A stretch of 64,000 bases of DNA from NCBI GenBank assembly GCA_015680685.1, contig MNCI01001105.1, forward strand, positions 189,486-253,485, written 5' to 3'. The number at the start of each line of letters is the position of its first letter. Within the stretch, counting starts at the first letter, position 1. This DNA is from Gnetum montanum (taxonomy: Eukaryota; Plantae; Gnetophyta). Positions 24,635-38,000 of this stretch are shown piece after piece. Under the pieces are notes generated by a model. The model was given only the letters and a program-made list of their open reading frames with translations. It was not told the DNA's origin and made no database searches. The position numbers and the translations under genes were made by a program.

Positions 24635-27600
24635 CTAGGTGTAGTACAACTTCAGATATGAGAGGTTTACTAGATTAGCAAATTCATTATTGTTGTGGTC
24701 AAAAAGCTTGAATGTCTCATTGTCATAAGCCTTGAATACCAAGAAAGGCCTTTCCTAGTTGGCTAAGAATTTGTCCTTAGGTTAATAGATGACCTTGAGA
24801 ACTAAGTTCCCTCTCTTGATTGGGCATTGAGGTTGATTGTGAGGGTGCTTTTACTATTGCATTTGTTGATACCACTTGATTTGATCAAGTATCAACATGC
24901 ACTCCTCCTCTATCAACTCAAGGTCCATGATTCTCAACTTGTCGTTTTGAGCTTTGTTTATAAAGCTTGAGAGGATTACACAAAGAGATGGGACCTACAA
25001 TTCAAGAGGAAAAATGGCTTCAGACCCATAAACAAAATTGTATGACATATTACCTATTGTAGTTCTTCATGTCATGTGGTAGGCCCATAGTACATAGGTT
25101 AGTTGCTTATGCCATCATTGCTTGCTATTGCTAAGCATCTCCTCTAGAAGGTTGACAATGACCTTATTTGTGTCTTCCACTTACCAATTCACCTGAAAGT
25201 TGTAGGACAAAAAAAATTAATGTTTAATTCCAAAGTGCTTGCAAAAAGCTTTGATGTTAGCACTACTAAACTATGGCTTGTTGTTTGTAATTATGATCAT
25301 GGGTAAACCAAAACAAGTCATAATGCTGTCAAGTATGAATTTGCAAACCTGCTGTGATGCAGTCTTTATAAGGGGAATAGCCTCAACCCACTTCATAAAA
25401 TACTTAGTTGTAGTTATGATGAAGTTATGCCCTGTGGAGGATGTAGGTGTTATTGGCCCTATGATGTCCAATGCCTAGCATTGGAATGATTATGTGATCT
25501 AGGTTGTATGTAGTATAGTAGGTGGCACGTACATTAAGTTGCCATGCCATTAACACATGTTACACGTCTTGAGCATAAATATGAAATCACACTCCATGTA
25601 AGGCCAATAGTAGCCTAAGTATATAATTTTTGCCACCATTGCCTTAGGTGCTATGTGGCCTTCATAGAGTCCCTCATGGACTTGCTCAACAATTGTCTAT
25701 GCTTTGTTGTCGCTAACATAGGTCAATAGTATGCCATCGTAGGATCTATGGCAAAAAGTGCTATCACCTATGATGACATACTACCATCATTGTTCTTGCA
25801 TTGCATCCTTTTGGGTATTGGTTAAGTGCTGTGAAGGTTCACCATATAGAAGGTATGACTTGATGTTGTTATACCACTCTACTATGTGGGTTGTGTTTAT
25901 TGTGGCTATAGATGCAATATCGGTTGTTTCTGTGATAGGCATAGTGCAATCTACCATCATAGTTGGCAATGTGTGAAATATTTTAGATGCAATGCTTAAG
26001 GCTAACATTGTTAAGGCATCAACAATGATGTCTTCATTGCAAGGGATGTTCTAAACATTAGTAGTTTCAAATTGTTTAAGCAAGTGCTTTGCCAAGTCAC
26101 AATAAGGTTGCAAGTGTTGGGCTCTACAAGTGCAAACCTTCATAACTTGGTTGACAACTAGTTATGAATCACCTTATATTACTAGGTTTTGTATTCCTAG
26201 GTTGTAAGCTGCTAAGATGCCCTAGAGGAGACCCTCATACTCTGCCATATTGTTGGTGCATGGAAATGCAAAATGATACATGAAGGATTAAATCTCCTTG
26301 GAGGGAAATGTGATTATAGTAGAAATGCTACCCCCTTGAGATGTTAAAGCACCATTGAAATGTAAGAGTACCTCAAAGTTGTTAGGCACTTGAATTATGC
26401 TAATGACATGCTCATCTAGAAATTTAGATCTATTGTTGCTTGATCATCGATTGGAGAAGTCATAAGCAGAACGGTTATTGCTTAACCTTTGGTTGATCCT
26501 TGTGTAAAGTAATGCAGATCAAACTCCATAGTTATTGCTTTCCAATGTGCAATTCAACTGCTCTCATAAATATTCACTGTAATATCTCAAATTACATTGC
26601 TTTTGCAGACAATGTTGACTTGGCTATGAAAAAGATAATGCCTCCACTTCTTGACTGCAAAGATCAAGGCAAGGTAGTTCTTTTCCACATCATTACACTT
26701 TGCTTCATAGACAACCAATGCATGGCTTAGGTAGTATATTGAACCTCTATATCATCATCTTGCTTTTGGAAAAGTAGATAAGTAAAGAATGCAATAGAGG
26801 TAGGAAGGTAGATGTAGAATGGTTTATCTCCTTGTGGTGGATAGGTTATTGGAAGTTGAGCTAGCTCCTATTTAAGGTTGTCCAAAGCCTCTTGGGATTA
26901 AGCCATCCACTCAAAGTGGGTTCCTTTCTTGAGCAAATGTTGCATGGTTGCAACTTATTGGTCAGCCGTGCAATAAATCTATGTATGAATTGCAATCTAC
27001 CTTGTAACCCTCGTAGCTCCTTAAGGTTGGCTAGTGGTGCTAAGTTGATAATGGCATTAACCTTATTAGGGTCTATGCATATGCCCACTTCAGATACTAC
27101 GAAACCTAGCATGTGGCTCATCTTGATGCTGAAGACACATTTCTTAGGATTGAATCTGATTTCATGATTTAGGTTGTCTAATGCTTTAGACCTAACCACT
27201 ATATTTTCAATGTAATCATTGAGTAGACATGATAGGTAATCACTAAAAATGTACATCATGGCTTGTTGATAATTCACTTTTGTGTTCTTGAGTCCAAAGG
27301 GCATCATTGTCTAACAAAATGTACCCCAAGGGATCATGAAGGTTGTACTAAGCTAGTGCTCTAGGTTAATTCAAGTCTGGTTGTATCTAAAGAACTCATC
27401 CATAAAGGACAAAAAGGCATGACTAGCTGTAGTATCAACCAATTGATCAATACTAGGCAATAGGAAATCATCTTTAATGGTTGCCTTGTTCAAGTCCTAG
27501 AAGTCTATGTAAATGCATATACTTCCATTTTTCTTTTGTCTGACCATGATGTTGGAGATCCAATCTACGTAGTTAATGACCCAGATGAAACTATCTTTGT

Positions 27601-28077
27601 AGAGCTTAGTGATTTCATCACAGATTGCGAACGCCATCTCAAGCCTAACCTTGCAAGATTTTTTCTTGACTAGTTTTATGCTGGGATTGAGGATTATGTT
27701 GTGTTGCACTACATGAGGATCTAGGCATGACATGTCTTTGTAAGACCATGTGAATGCCTTGATGTTTTTTTGAGTACTTTTGTGATGTTTTGGGCATATT
27801 GAGGCTCTAATAAAGAACTAAGTTTTAATGTTTTTGCCTCACCACTGGATGTTGCTATAGGGATTCTAATGAGGGGATCCTTAGTTACATCACCTACCTC
27901 TAGATCTAGAGCCCTAACTAAATGGTTTGGCTAGTATAGTAGTACCTCTACAAATGTTATATATTCATTGTAGTCTATGGACTCAAGGACTAGGCATTAA
28001 GGGTTGATACATCACACAAGATCATCATGGGGCCCAGTTAGGACCAGAGGTGAGTGAAGATGCTCATATGTAGTCAT
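24635..28077 (-). pseudogene. Element B pol (RT-RH-aRH-INT); disrupted
   Basis: ORF-track fragments MPFGLKN, FNPKKCVF, LRGLQGRLQFIHRFI, DIIGPITP, YFMKWVEAIPL; aRH LHFNGAL and CTNNMAEYEGLL; ends LKLYYT*. Confidence 0.92.
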
Positions 28078-30409
28078 GTTGAAAATCTTGTGATAATCTT
28101 ATAAAAACAACCAGAAAAATGTCAAGCTGCACCTGCCTTAATGAGAGAAATATGCATAAAATAAAGAAAAGCAATATAATAAATTTTTCCTAAGTGTACA
28201 AATGTGATTTTAAAAGGCAAGGGACTTGTGGGCTAGTTTTAGACCTTGATTGGCCATGGGGTATTAGTTTAAGGTCTTAGCTAACCATGGTGCACTAGTT
28301 TAAGGTCTTAGCAAACCATTGTGTGCTACAAGAGCAAGGCTTGGTGCACTAAAAAATAAAAATTAGCTTGAGCATTCACTGGGCAACAAGAAAATTTTTA
28401 AAATTATTCTATGTTTGGGGATGACAAGAAACATCAAAAAATTTTCTATGTTTGGTAACTATGCTCCCACCCAACTATGCTTTGCATTGTTGAGTGTAGT
28501 CCTGGGGTAGGTTAAAAATTAAGTGGTCCTAGGGGTATAAAAGCACATTTTACCCTTGGTTAAATTTGTCATTGTCAAAGTTGAAAATGCAAACTTTCAG
28601 AGGGTAGCATGGTTGGAAGTGTGTAGTCACTAGAATGTCATGTTGAAGTGGATGTTAGCACGCCAAACTTACTAATGTTGATGAGGGAGAGAGAGTGCTA
28701 GCACACCTACCATGGGCACATGTGGAGGAGCAAAGGGCATCATTGTGTGCTAGGTATGTTGACTACACTCTTCCCTTTTGTTGTTTCTATGCTTTTGTTT
28801 TACTTTGCTTTGCATGAGGGTTTGGGGCGTATGTTGGTGGCACCTTGCCATGACAAGGGCTATCATTGCCATGGCTACTTCGACAACCACGACCATAAGA
28901 AACATGCATGTTGGGCAAGGATCTTGTTATAGTGAAGGGTTTTGAAGTTGCATAGGGTTTGATAGACTATGCGAGGTGTGAGGGAAAGGTTTGCAGGGTT
29001 TCATAGTGGCAGTGGCTACCATGGTGGTTGGTGTAGGTATAGGCCTATGTGGGGCCATTGAACATAAAATGGAAACTTTTGTTATGTAGCAACATGTGTG
29101 AGGTAGGGGATTTGGGGTTTTGGTAGTGGCCTTAGGGCTACCACCTACAAGGCTTTGGCACAACAAGTTGCTGCAATTTTTTGTTTTTTCTCTACTACAC
29201 ATGGCAAAGATGAGGGTTTGCTTATGGCCCTAAGGCCATCACCCACGAGGTAAGGCATGCAACAGAGGGCCTGCCCTCTATATTTTTATTACTTTTGAAT
29301 TTTTTTTAACTATTGTGTGCGAGGCAGGGATGGCGGTGTTGGCAGCAGATAAGATGACATGTTGGAAGGTAGGGAACTACCATTTTCTTTTATGTTTTTG
29401 AAAGCAAATTTTTTTGGCATCCACTATTCAAGCTGAGGGGAAGCATAATGCCTTGCAATGAGGGCACATAGTCATGGGGGCTATGGAAGGGATGACATCA
29501 AGGGTACATTCCCTACCATTTAGTTTTGGATTGCTATGATGAGGTGCTATGTAGAGGTGATGCCATGGGTGATAGTCAATTTCTTTTTTTTTAGTAGGGG
29601 ACTGACATGGTGCATGGTAGCACTGTCAGTGTGGCTATGGAGGCTATCATTGTGGTTGGCACTTAATGCATAGGGCACAATGAGATTTGCTAGTAGGACA
29701 TTGTACAATGCTGAGGTGGGGTGCTAGTCGATGAAGAGGAGAGCATTGGGGCAGTCAGCAAACGTTGGTTCACTAGCCACAACCAAGACCATGCTTGCAT
29801 CTTAGAGGCACAGTTGATGCCAAGTGTCTTTTAAAATTACCCTTGCTTAATCAAATAGGTTTTTTTGGACTACACTCTCTAGGGGAGGGTAGCTGGTGAT
29901 TAGAATTTTCTATAGTTTAGGGCTACACTCTATAGTCTTCAAAACATAGTTAGTGTAAGCCAAAGTTAGAAAAATTTTTGAGGTAACCTAGAGTTAGAAT
30001 TTTTTGTAGTATTCCAGACTATGCTGCCTAGAATTTTTTATAGTTTTCTAGACTATGCTATCCAAAGCTGGAAAAAATTTTGAAAACATTTGTGCAAAAT
30101 GATAACTTGCAAAATGTAAAATGCTAATGCCACATTGCCAAAACATGAAAATTGTAATGATTGAGGTGCAAACATGTGAAATATAATTGCTACTACTATG
30201 AAAAACATGCTATAACCCATTGAGTACTAGGCACATCAATTGAGTATGCTGATGTCCTATGCCCATGAGGCCCTAGTGGGCCCAAGATATTTTCACTAAC
30301 TTATGTTGTTTCATGTTAGTTTTTTGCTAAGTTTAATTTAATGTATTTTTCTTGCCAAAATTTACGTCTAGTGTATACTAACATTATGTTTATTTCTTTG
30401 TGATTATAG

Positions 30410-32110
30410 AGTGTTTTTGAAGCTAATCCTAATCATTGTGGAGCTCATCAACATCCTTTGTTGCATGAGCAAGCCTATGTCTAACACACCTACACTTGAT
30501 ATGCAGGTGGGTTACTAGGTAGTGTGGTTTCGACTAGGGGCATCCAAGTTCTTAGCATTCCTACTACAACATTTCAATGTGATGATGTGATCACACTTAG
30601 TAGTGGAGGCTATGAGTGTTATCACTGAGACATTATTGTTTGGGGCCAATTGGTACATATTGAGATTTATATCTAATGAGCCCACTATCGATGATGGTGA
30701 AGTAGGTGGTTTGAGTCAAGGCCCCAGAGGCCTTCATCCCTTATCTAGGATCTGGTAGATGCCAAGGTTCTCTTACTATAACAAGAGAAATACCCTCTTT
30801 ATTGCTCTATGCATGCATACACTATTCCAAAATCCATATGGAATTTTATACTACGTTAGAGGGTAAGTTCTCTTATAATTTTGTGTTGTGTTTATTGCTA
30901 CTGGCCCATGCTAAGTTTGGTAACTACTAATTGCTCATGTTTAATGCCCAATCCAAAGTTGATGCTGAGGGTCTCCACAATGAGGAGAAGTCTCTTTCTT
31001 TAACTTGAACCACCCTAGAGGTATTCTCCTCTAGTCCAAACTTTTAGGAGGCTATACTTGAGTAGGTGGGAGGTGATCTAAAGAATTACTCCACCTAGTA
31101 CTGAAAGGTGTTTAAGTGGTGCAAGACCTATGATTGACATAATGAGGGGTGGGCTAGTCATGTGCCCAACTTCAAGGAGCTAGTTGCACCACCACCCCCA
31201 TCTCACATACCATTTTTTCTGCATAAGAATCTATCATTTTGGCTCTTATTGCTTCCTCACATGCACTTGTTGATTTTCCCTTGCATAATTATAATGTTGT
31301 TTGTGCCTTTCTTGTAGTTGCAGTTACTTCAAGAGAGGTGACGGTTGTCCCCACAAGAAACACTAAGGCCACCCTCATCATGAAATATGGTGATGTGGAG
31401 GATGTGCAATGAGTAGTGCAAGATTGTGAGTAACTATCTAAGCCTTGGGTAAAGGACATGTTCACAACCACTCACTTGTAGGACCTCCTAGAAGGGTTCA
31501 ATGAGTTATACTCAGTGATGACCAAAGTTCACTTGGGGTAGTCACACTGTTCCCATGATAGCATGGGTGAGTGTCCCCTAATTGTTATTAGGGATGTGAA
31601 TAGGGCCAATTGCTATACTACAAACATGGTGGGGCCCTCCAAGGAAAAGATCAAGAAGCCATGCTCGACTAAGGAGGTTACTCCTACAATTGGATAGGTG
31701 AGCGTTAAGAAGATTTGCCTCAAGATGGTGTCAATGATGAGTGGCAAGGTATCCCTACACTCAACCATACGAATATGAACATGTACGCATGATCTAGTCA
31801 AACTCTGCAGATGAAATAGTTGTGGTATCTAGATAGTTACACGTTGATCATAGTTCACTATCGTCCCACCTAGACTAGTAGTTGCTTTGTCACATATGGT
31901 TTAGTCTAGAATGAGGTGTATGATATGATTTCTAACACTAGGCTACTTCTAGAGAGAATGGAAAGTAACCTTGATTAAACTAATAAGTGGTAGGAAATGA
32001 AGTGTAACCTAGCCTAAGTGCAATGAGCATCTATCCATAATCATCCGTATGCATCTTGGACCTTGTGTACTACTTTTGGGATTACCAAGCACACATTACT
32101 TGACAGCTCC
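30410..32110 (+). pseudogene. Element B antisense multi-exon accessory gene (internally deleted)
   Basis: Exon 30410-30862 (AG / GTAAGT) reads VFLKLILIIVEL...CMHTLFQNPYGILYYVRG; next exon ends APPPPSHIPFF; next contains TKATLIMKYGDV. All align with the C copy. Assignment beyond about 31500 is uncertain. Confidence 0.7.
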
Positions 32111-32148
32111 TAGATATGCTACTAGGTTACCAAGTAGTTACACTTCAA

Positions 32149-32637
32149 TGTTCGTGATTAAGTCATACTCATTCCACATTTAACAACAGAAATAGTAAAT
32201 GACAACAAAGAAATATTAACTAAAGAAACAATAAATAACAATAACAATTAACAATAACAACTAAACAATTAAAACTAAGTGAATGCTGCAATGATGGAGT
32301 AATATTGATCTTTATTGCTAATCATGTGCATGTCAAAGTACATCACACTCGAATAAAGGTTCCGTACAATTACAAGCATCAGGCTGCAGACATGCACTTG
32401 GGAAATAGTCTAACTCCTGCGAAAACAAACTATATGAGCTTTGCTAAAACTTGACAAAAATTTTGCCTAAATTCAGCAGGTGCATGCATATTTATAGCAA
32501 AAAATGAACTCTGCATTGATGAGGCCATGTAAACCCATGAACAGATCTGTCGACGGGATCACGTTGATGTGGCCAAATGGACAGGGCTTTGTCGATGCGA
32601 CCCAATTGATGCTGTCCACTAGATGCTTCATCAAACA
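32149..32637 (-). mobile_element. Putative younger solo LTR of an unrelated family
   Basis: TGTTCGTGA...TCATCAAACA imperfect terminal inverted repeats; TATAAATA on the minus strand at about 32490; CpGs retained; no matching TSD. Confidence 0.45.
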
Positions 32638-33034
32638 TTAAGGTTTATGATTCATATAAATAAATCATCCAGCAATTTTAGCTAATTTTTTCCCTTCTAA
32701 TAAAATATCTTAAACTCTTTTCTAAATTAAGATTAAAATTTTTGTTTTCTCAACTATTTATAAAGCTTTATAAATAAGGGTCTTAATAAGTTGCTTAAGT
32801 GTAAGGTTATTGGCCTTTTTCCATCACCTACAAGTATTTATATATAAATATACCTTCTTTACTTTATCACATTCATCAACCTTAAAATAATATTATAGAT
32901 ATTTTAAAACCAATATAATTTCATGTAAACAAAACAAATAATACTAATAAACTTAAGATAACTACAAGATTATTATATAGCTCATCTTTATAAGAGGGCA
33001 TTTACTATGATAAAAGTCATCTTTATAAGGTACT

Positions 33035-33935
33035 CAAAATATGTTGCAAATTTTAGAAAATTATTGTCACTTACCTGGTCTATAAGTGAATGTGGTTAGA
33101 ATAAAATTGATGGATTTTAGTAGAAGAAATACCTATTCTAACTTTTCGTTTGAAGCTACTAATGTGCAAATAGTAGATTCTTTTAAATATTTGAGTCTTA
33201 TTTATGTGAACAATTACACATGGGGAACTGCATTAAATTGAAAATAATAGTAGGTTTTAAGGCTTTGTATGCTTTCAAAAATAAGTGCAAGGATTTAGAA
33301 CTCTAGCCTTTGAAGATCAAGAAACAAAATTTTCATATTATCATCTATCCTACTATTTTGTATGGATATGTTGTTTGGGGCCTATGGACATAGTGCTAAA
33401 CTTTGTAAAGGTATTCAAAGAGTGCAAAAAACTTTTCTTCATGCTGAGTTAAAAGGTAAAGATACAAACACCTTACTAAATTTTATTATGTGAATGTGAT
33501 TTATTACCTTTAAAAGCATAAGCCTTGTGTCATATCAAGTACATACACTCACAACTTATATATCTCAAGGCAAGATAAATTTTCTAAAGTAATTCTTGAG
33601 GATTTGTTAACTCATGAATGGTATATTCATTGGATGTAATGGTTGAGAAAATGAAATATCTCTTGTGAGGATGTGCAACAAAATCAAAAATATATTCACC
33701 AAGTAGTCAAATAGAAAACTTTAACAATGTTTTGGTCTAATGTAGAAGGAAACAAGAAATTTCATTTACATCATATTAAATCTAATAAACTAGATATTGT
33801 AGGTCACTATCTCTTAGGTTCTATTACAAGAAAGTATGGGAATGCTATTAGCAAGCTTCACTTAAGTTCTTATCATCTTAGAATTGAAAGTAAAAGATGG
33901 ATTCAACTCCCTTGAGAAGAGTGCATTTGTTTACA
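33035..33935 (+). mobile_element. 5'-truncated non-LTR retrotransposon (RTE/RTEX-like LINE), RT C-terminal part
   Basis: LENYCHLPGL*VNV, VDSFKYL, GFKALYAFKNKC, PTILYGYVVWG (cf. LYGCEVWG), KLHLSSYHLRIESKRW (cf. RLSSHxLxIExGRW). Confidence 0.8.
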
Positions 33936-34191
33936 TGAAAACCACATATGAAAGTAGTGTTTATAATAATCAATGAGGCATATCATAACTAGGTTATAGG
34001 TGAAAATGAAAAGAATCAACACTAAAAGTCACAGTGCTCATTCCACCAACTAGGTTCTTAAAAGGATCATTAGATGAGTGAAAGCCTAATTGCTTTTAGT
34101 GGTTGTGCCCAAGAAAAATTCTTTGACTTGAGAAATGAGTACCTTACCATTACTCTAAATGTAGGTCCCTATTGATGAAAATAAATTCATA

Positions 34192-34310
34192 AAAGATTTT
34201 TGCACTAGTCCATTGACATAAGTGCACATAAAATTACGTGCTAGACATGGCTTGTTTTATAGGCTTTATTTTCATGTACTTTTAATGAAACTAAAGTAAA
34301 AATAAAACTT
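34192..34310 (+). repeat. ~120-bp dispersed repeat, copy 1 (hairpin plus A-rich tail)
   Basis: Aligns with 40192-40320 through AAAAGATTTTTGCAC..TTGACATAAG..GACATGGCTTGTTTT. Confidence 0.65.
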
Positions 34311-37019
34311 TTATTTAGTCCATAGAACTCGAAAATATACATGGTATGATTTTTGAAAACATCATTAAGAAAATTTCTAAGTGTCCTTGGTAACATTTAG
34401 AGCAAATTAATCAAAATTACAATTGTAATATCTCATCTATGTCTAATGTGCTTCAATGATGAACATTGTAAGAAAATGACATATTCACCTTCAATGCTAT
34501 TTGTGCTACATAGTTGCTACCATTTGCCTATTTCAACTTTCAAAAGATGAGATTGTATGTGTGCTTGGCTAATTGTACATCATAAATGATGAGAAGTAAT
34601 AATGGAAAAATAGTATGCTTTTGAATTAAGGCCTTCCCTAATACTATTTAAATAGAAATATTTCTTTCTTTTTATATTTTCCTAGCAGTTTTAAATTTGG
34701 TTTGTTTTACCAATTTACAAACTTACATAGGATCATAATAGAGAATATACTTTGAAATATGTCATTTATTAAGTTATAGAACTCTCTCATGATTTCATCC
34801 TTTATCATGGATTTTTATCTCACTTTTTAGAGATATTTATCCACCAAGGATGTAGAAAGACTATGCATGTAGGCTATAAACTAACAAATAGCTTCAACTT
34901 CTAAAGGTGTCACCTCTATTTCAAGAAGCATAATATCATATTGTCTCTATCCATTCACTTTGAGTTTATCAAAAAGAAAAAGCTTTTAAACCTTTCTATT
35001 TATCTATTTCCAATATTTGGTTAAAGAATGGCATGATAATGTTGTTTTTGAATATTCCATGCCAAAATAGATTCTTTCTTACATTTACTTTTTAAAGAGA
35101 ATAAGGATTTCAAACTACTTGCAACTCTTTGTTTAAGGCATTGATTCAATTTATAATTATAGAAGCTTTATAGGTAAATATATTTGAAAGAGGAAGTTAT
35201 GTCCATGTGCTTTGTTCTATAGAAAAATTGTAACTTTTAGTACTTATGCCACAAATTATGATTGTAGTTTTTTGGACATTAACCTTCATTCCTAAATGCC
35301 AACAAAATTTATTAAGAGTATTAAGTATTTATAGTAATTATTCTAATGAATTTAAAATTAAGACAACATCATTAGCATAGAGGAAGAGTCGAAGAGTCGA
35401 GGGTAGTTTCAATTTTCATTATAAACTGAGATAGTATTTTATACATCAACTCTTTATGTGCATCAATAAAATGCCTAAATAAAGTAAGAGAAAGAGGACA
35501 TCTTTGTTTAACATTAACAAAACTACTTAATGAAATTCTTTTTTACTTATTTATAAAGTGAATTTATACCTCTTTGTAATTTTTTTTTTGGATAGCAAAT
35601 AATAGTATGCTAGGAACTTTTAAATTTTCCAAACGGCTTAAAATCTTGATTTAAATGACTTAATCAATGAGATTTTTTAGAGTGAAAAGATGATTTATAA
35701 TAGAATGCTATCATTTAAAGCTTGTTTAGGAAATTGGAGTTATCTTATTTTCTTTCACCCATCTTCTAAGTATAGATTTTAGAATAGTATCCAAAATTTG
35801 ACAAAAATATTGCTGATTACAATTAATCTATAATACTTTAGATATTTTTGTATCTTTTTTAAAAAGCATAACTACTTTATTGATAAACCATTTCTTTTCT
35901 AACCCTCTTTTCCCAACCAAATTTCACTTCTTGTAAATGACATTCTATATTAAAAACCATCCCCATTTAAGCATTTCCCCATATAAATTATTTATAATGT
36001 GTCATAAAAATATGAAAAATGTTTTATTGTTGTTATAAAACTCTTCTATTCTATCATCAATATAAAATAAAGCTTGATAAAAATTTTCAATATCTTTAAG
36101 AAAGAAAGCACATTATGTTCTTCTCTCTCTTTTTTGAAATAACTGCCAAAAACATTTGGAATTTTTCTTTATTATTTTTAATAAAGTATTCTGTCTTTAT
36201 CTAACAAATTCTCTCTTCTTAATTCAAATGAGATTTGTATATGACTTGAGATTCAAACTATACATATGTATTATTTACTTAGGTAAGGTTTATAGCCAAA
36301 CATTAAAATTTAAGTTATATTCTTTTATATACTTTCTATTGTTAAAGAAATGTTTCCTAATGGAGAAAAAAATACTAATATTAGATCCTAAGAACTTTAA
36401 GAACATCATTGTTAAAGTTGGCTAATTTAAATAAAATTTTGTGGGTATTCAGGTTTACTAAGGCTTTTCTCATCTAAATTAATGAAAAATATAATTCAAG
36501 TATTACTAAACTTAATTAAAAATTTGTATTAATATTTGAAAAAAACATTTCCTACTTATAGAAGAGGAGAATGAATTAACCAAAATAAAAGAGGTTGATA
36601 TTTTGAAAAAGAATGGAGCATTCTTAATATGATTCTAAGTACTAATAGTATCAAATCTAACAAAAAGTAGTTGAGCTCTCCTACTTATCAAGGTTATTGT
36701 TATTTTGTCGTTATACTATGTTGATAAGCACATTGTTTACATTTGTCTTTGTAACATCATCACGTATGATAACATTGAATTCTTGGTGTTCTGGTTTATT
36801 GATATCAATGATTTTGTGTTATCCTTTTCCATAATCCTTACCTATTATATTTAACAGTTTACATATATGCTTATTTTTAGGTATTCCAATAACTTTACTC
36901 CTTGAATCAAATAAAAAAATTTTAAAAGGGTTTGAAGAACTAGTAGGAAAGGTACAATCACAAACAAAGTCATTGACCATAAGCAGAGAAGGAATCCAAA
37001 AGGTGAAATCATCAGGGAA

Positions 37020-37159
37020 ATGATGAAAATAAACAGGCTAAGTGTGTCTCTTTTCTTCCAAAGAAACATTATTTATTATAAGGACTAGAGATGGTGAAAA
37101 TAAACCAGCCACATGTGTCTCTCTTGTTCTAAGGAAATATTATTTATTATGAAGTCTAC
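37020..37159. repeat. Two-copy 71-bp tandem duplication
   Basis: ATGATGAAAATAAACAGGCT...TTATTTATTAT at 37020 and ATGGTGAAAATAAACCAGCC...TTATTTATTAT at 37091. Confidence 0.8.
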
Positions 37160-37683
37160 TACCAAATATAAATGGTAGAAGCTTTGATTTAAAAGAGCTT
37201 ATAAAAGAGTTTGAACCTTAAAGATTAATACAAAAATTACTTAATTTTCACAATCATGTTTCTCAAGCTATGCAGTTTAATTGTTGAAGAGAAATGATGA
37301 AATTACGCTTTGGATTTTATTTGTATGAAACCTGATATTAGCTTTAAGAAAATCGAAAAAATCCTAAACCCAAAGGAATTTAAACCTCCACCATTGAGTA
37401 TTCTCACAATTGTTATAACATGCAGGTTAAAAAAATAAAGAACCACATCTATAGTTACCTTAAAACTTTACGGGCATGATTGGAAAATTATTTGAAGGGT
37501 CAAAGGAGTTATAGATTATTATCATATTGTTAGCAAACAGCGATTTTATCATATAAACTAAATTCATTAACTTACCAAATTGAGACCATTTGCAAAGTAC
37601 AAATACATGTATACAAGGATCATACTAACTATGCATCAGAGTATCACCCAATGCATAGTGTTGCTTGCTGTCAACCAACCAGA

Positions 37684-37689
37684 TTTATT
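37684..37689 (-). terminator. Putative polyadenylation signal AATAAA of the lectin gene
   Basis: About 80 nt downstream of the stop codon on the coding strand. Confidence 0.45.
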
Positions 37690-37766
37690 TAAAGCAGCAT
37701 TATATGAAAAGATTAAAGTAGCTTATTAAGGATGCATGGATGGTTGGATGGGAGATAGATGTATTA

Positions 37767-38000
37767 TCAGTAGCAGGGGGAGATTTTCCAAAGCTGGTTG
37801 GAGTGTTTGTTCCAGTTCCACATGACAGCACGGGTTCCTTCCCCGATTCCGCCATATTTCGAATCACCCTGATAAGCATCCAAGTTCATGCAAATGTTAT
37901 CTGCAGCCCTCAGTGTTCTATAGCCATAACCCATGTCTTCACTCATACTCCACAGCGTTTTCTCATCCAGAGTGTCTCCATCGAAAGCAGTAAGCAGCAC
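37767..38000 (-). CDS. EUL: EUL lectin exon 3 (77 codons plus TGA)
   Basis: Acceptor TTTAATAAAG, then VLLTAFDGD...NQLWKISPCY*. Confidence 0.9.
   Translation of the reverse strand: MLLTAFDGDTLDEKTLWSMSEDMGYGYRTLRAADNICMNLDAYQGDSKYGGIGEGTRAVMWNWNKHSNQLWKISPCY

Larger units (their letters stand above)
21506..32148 (-). mobile_element. Element B: 5'-truncated copy of the family, nested in D in the opposite orientation
   Basis: 3' LTR about 21506-22648, PPT at about 22655-22664, pol 24635-28077, antisense accessory gene from about 30220. Confidence 0.85.
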
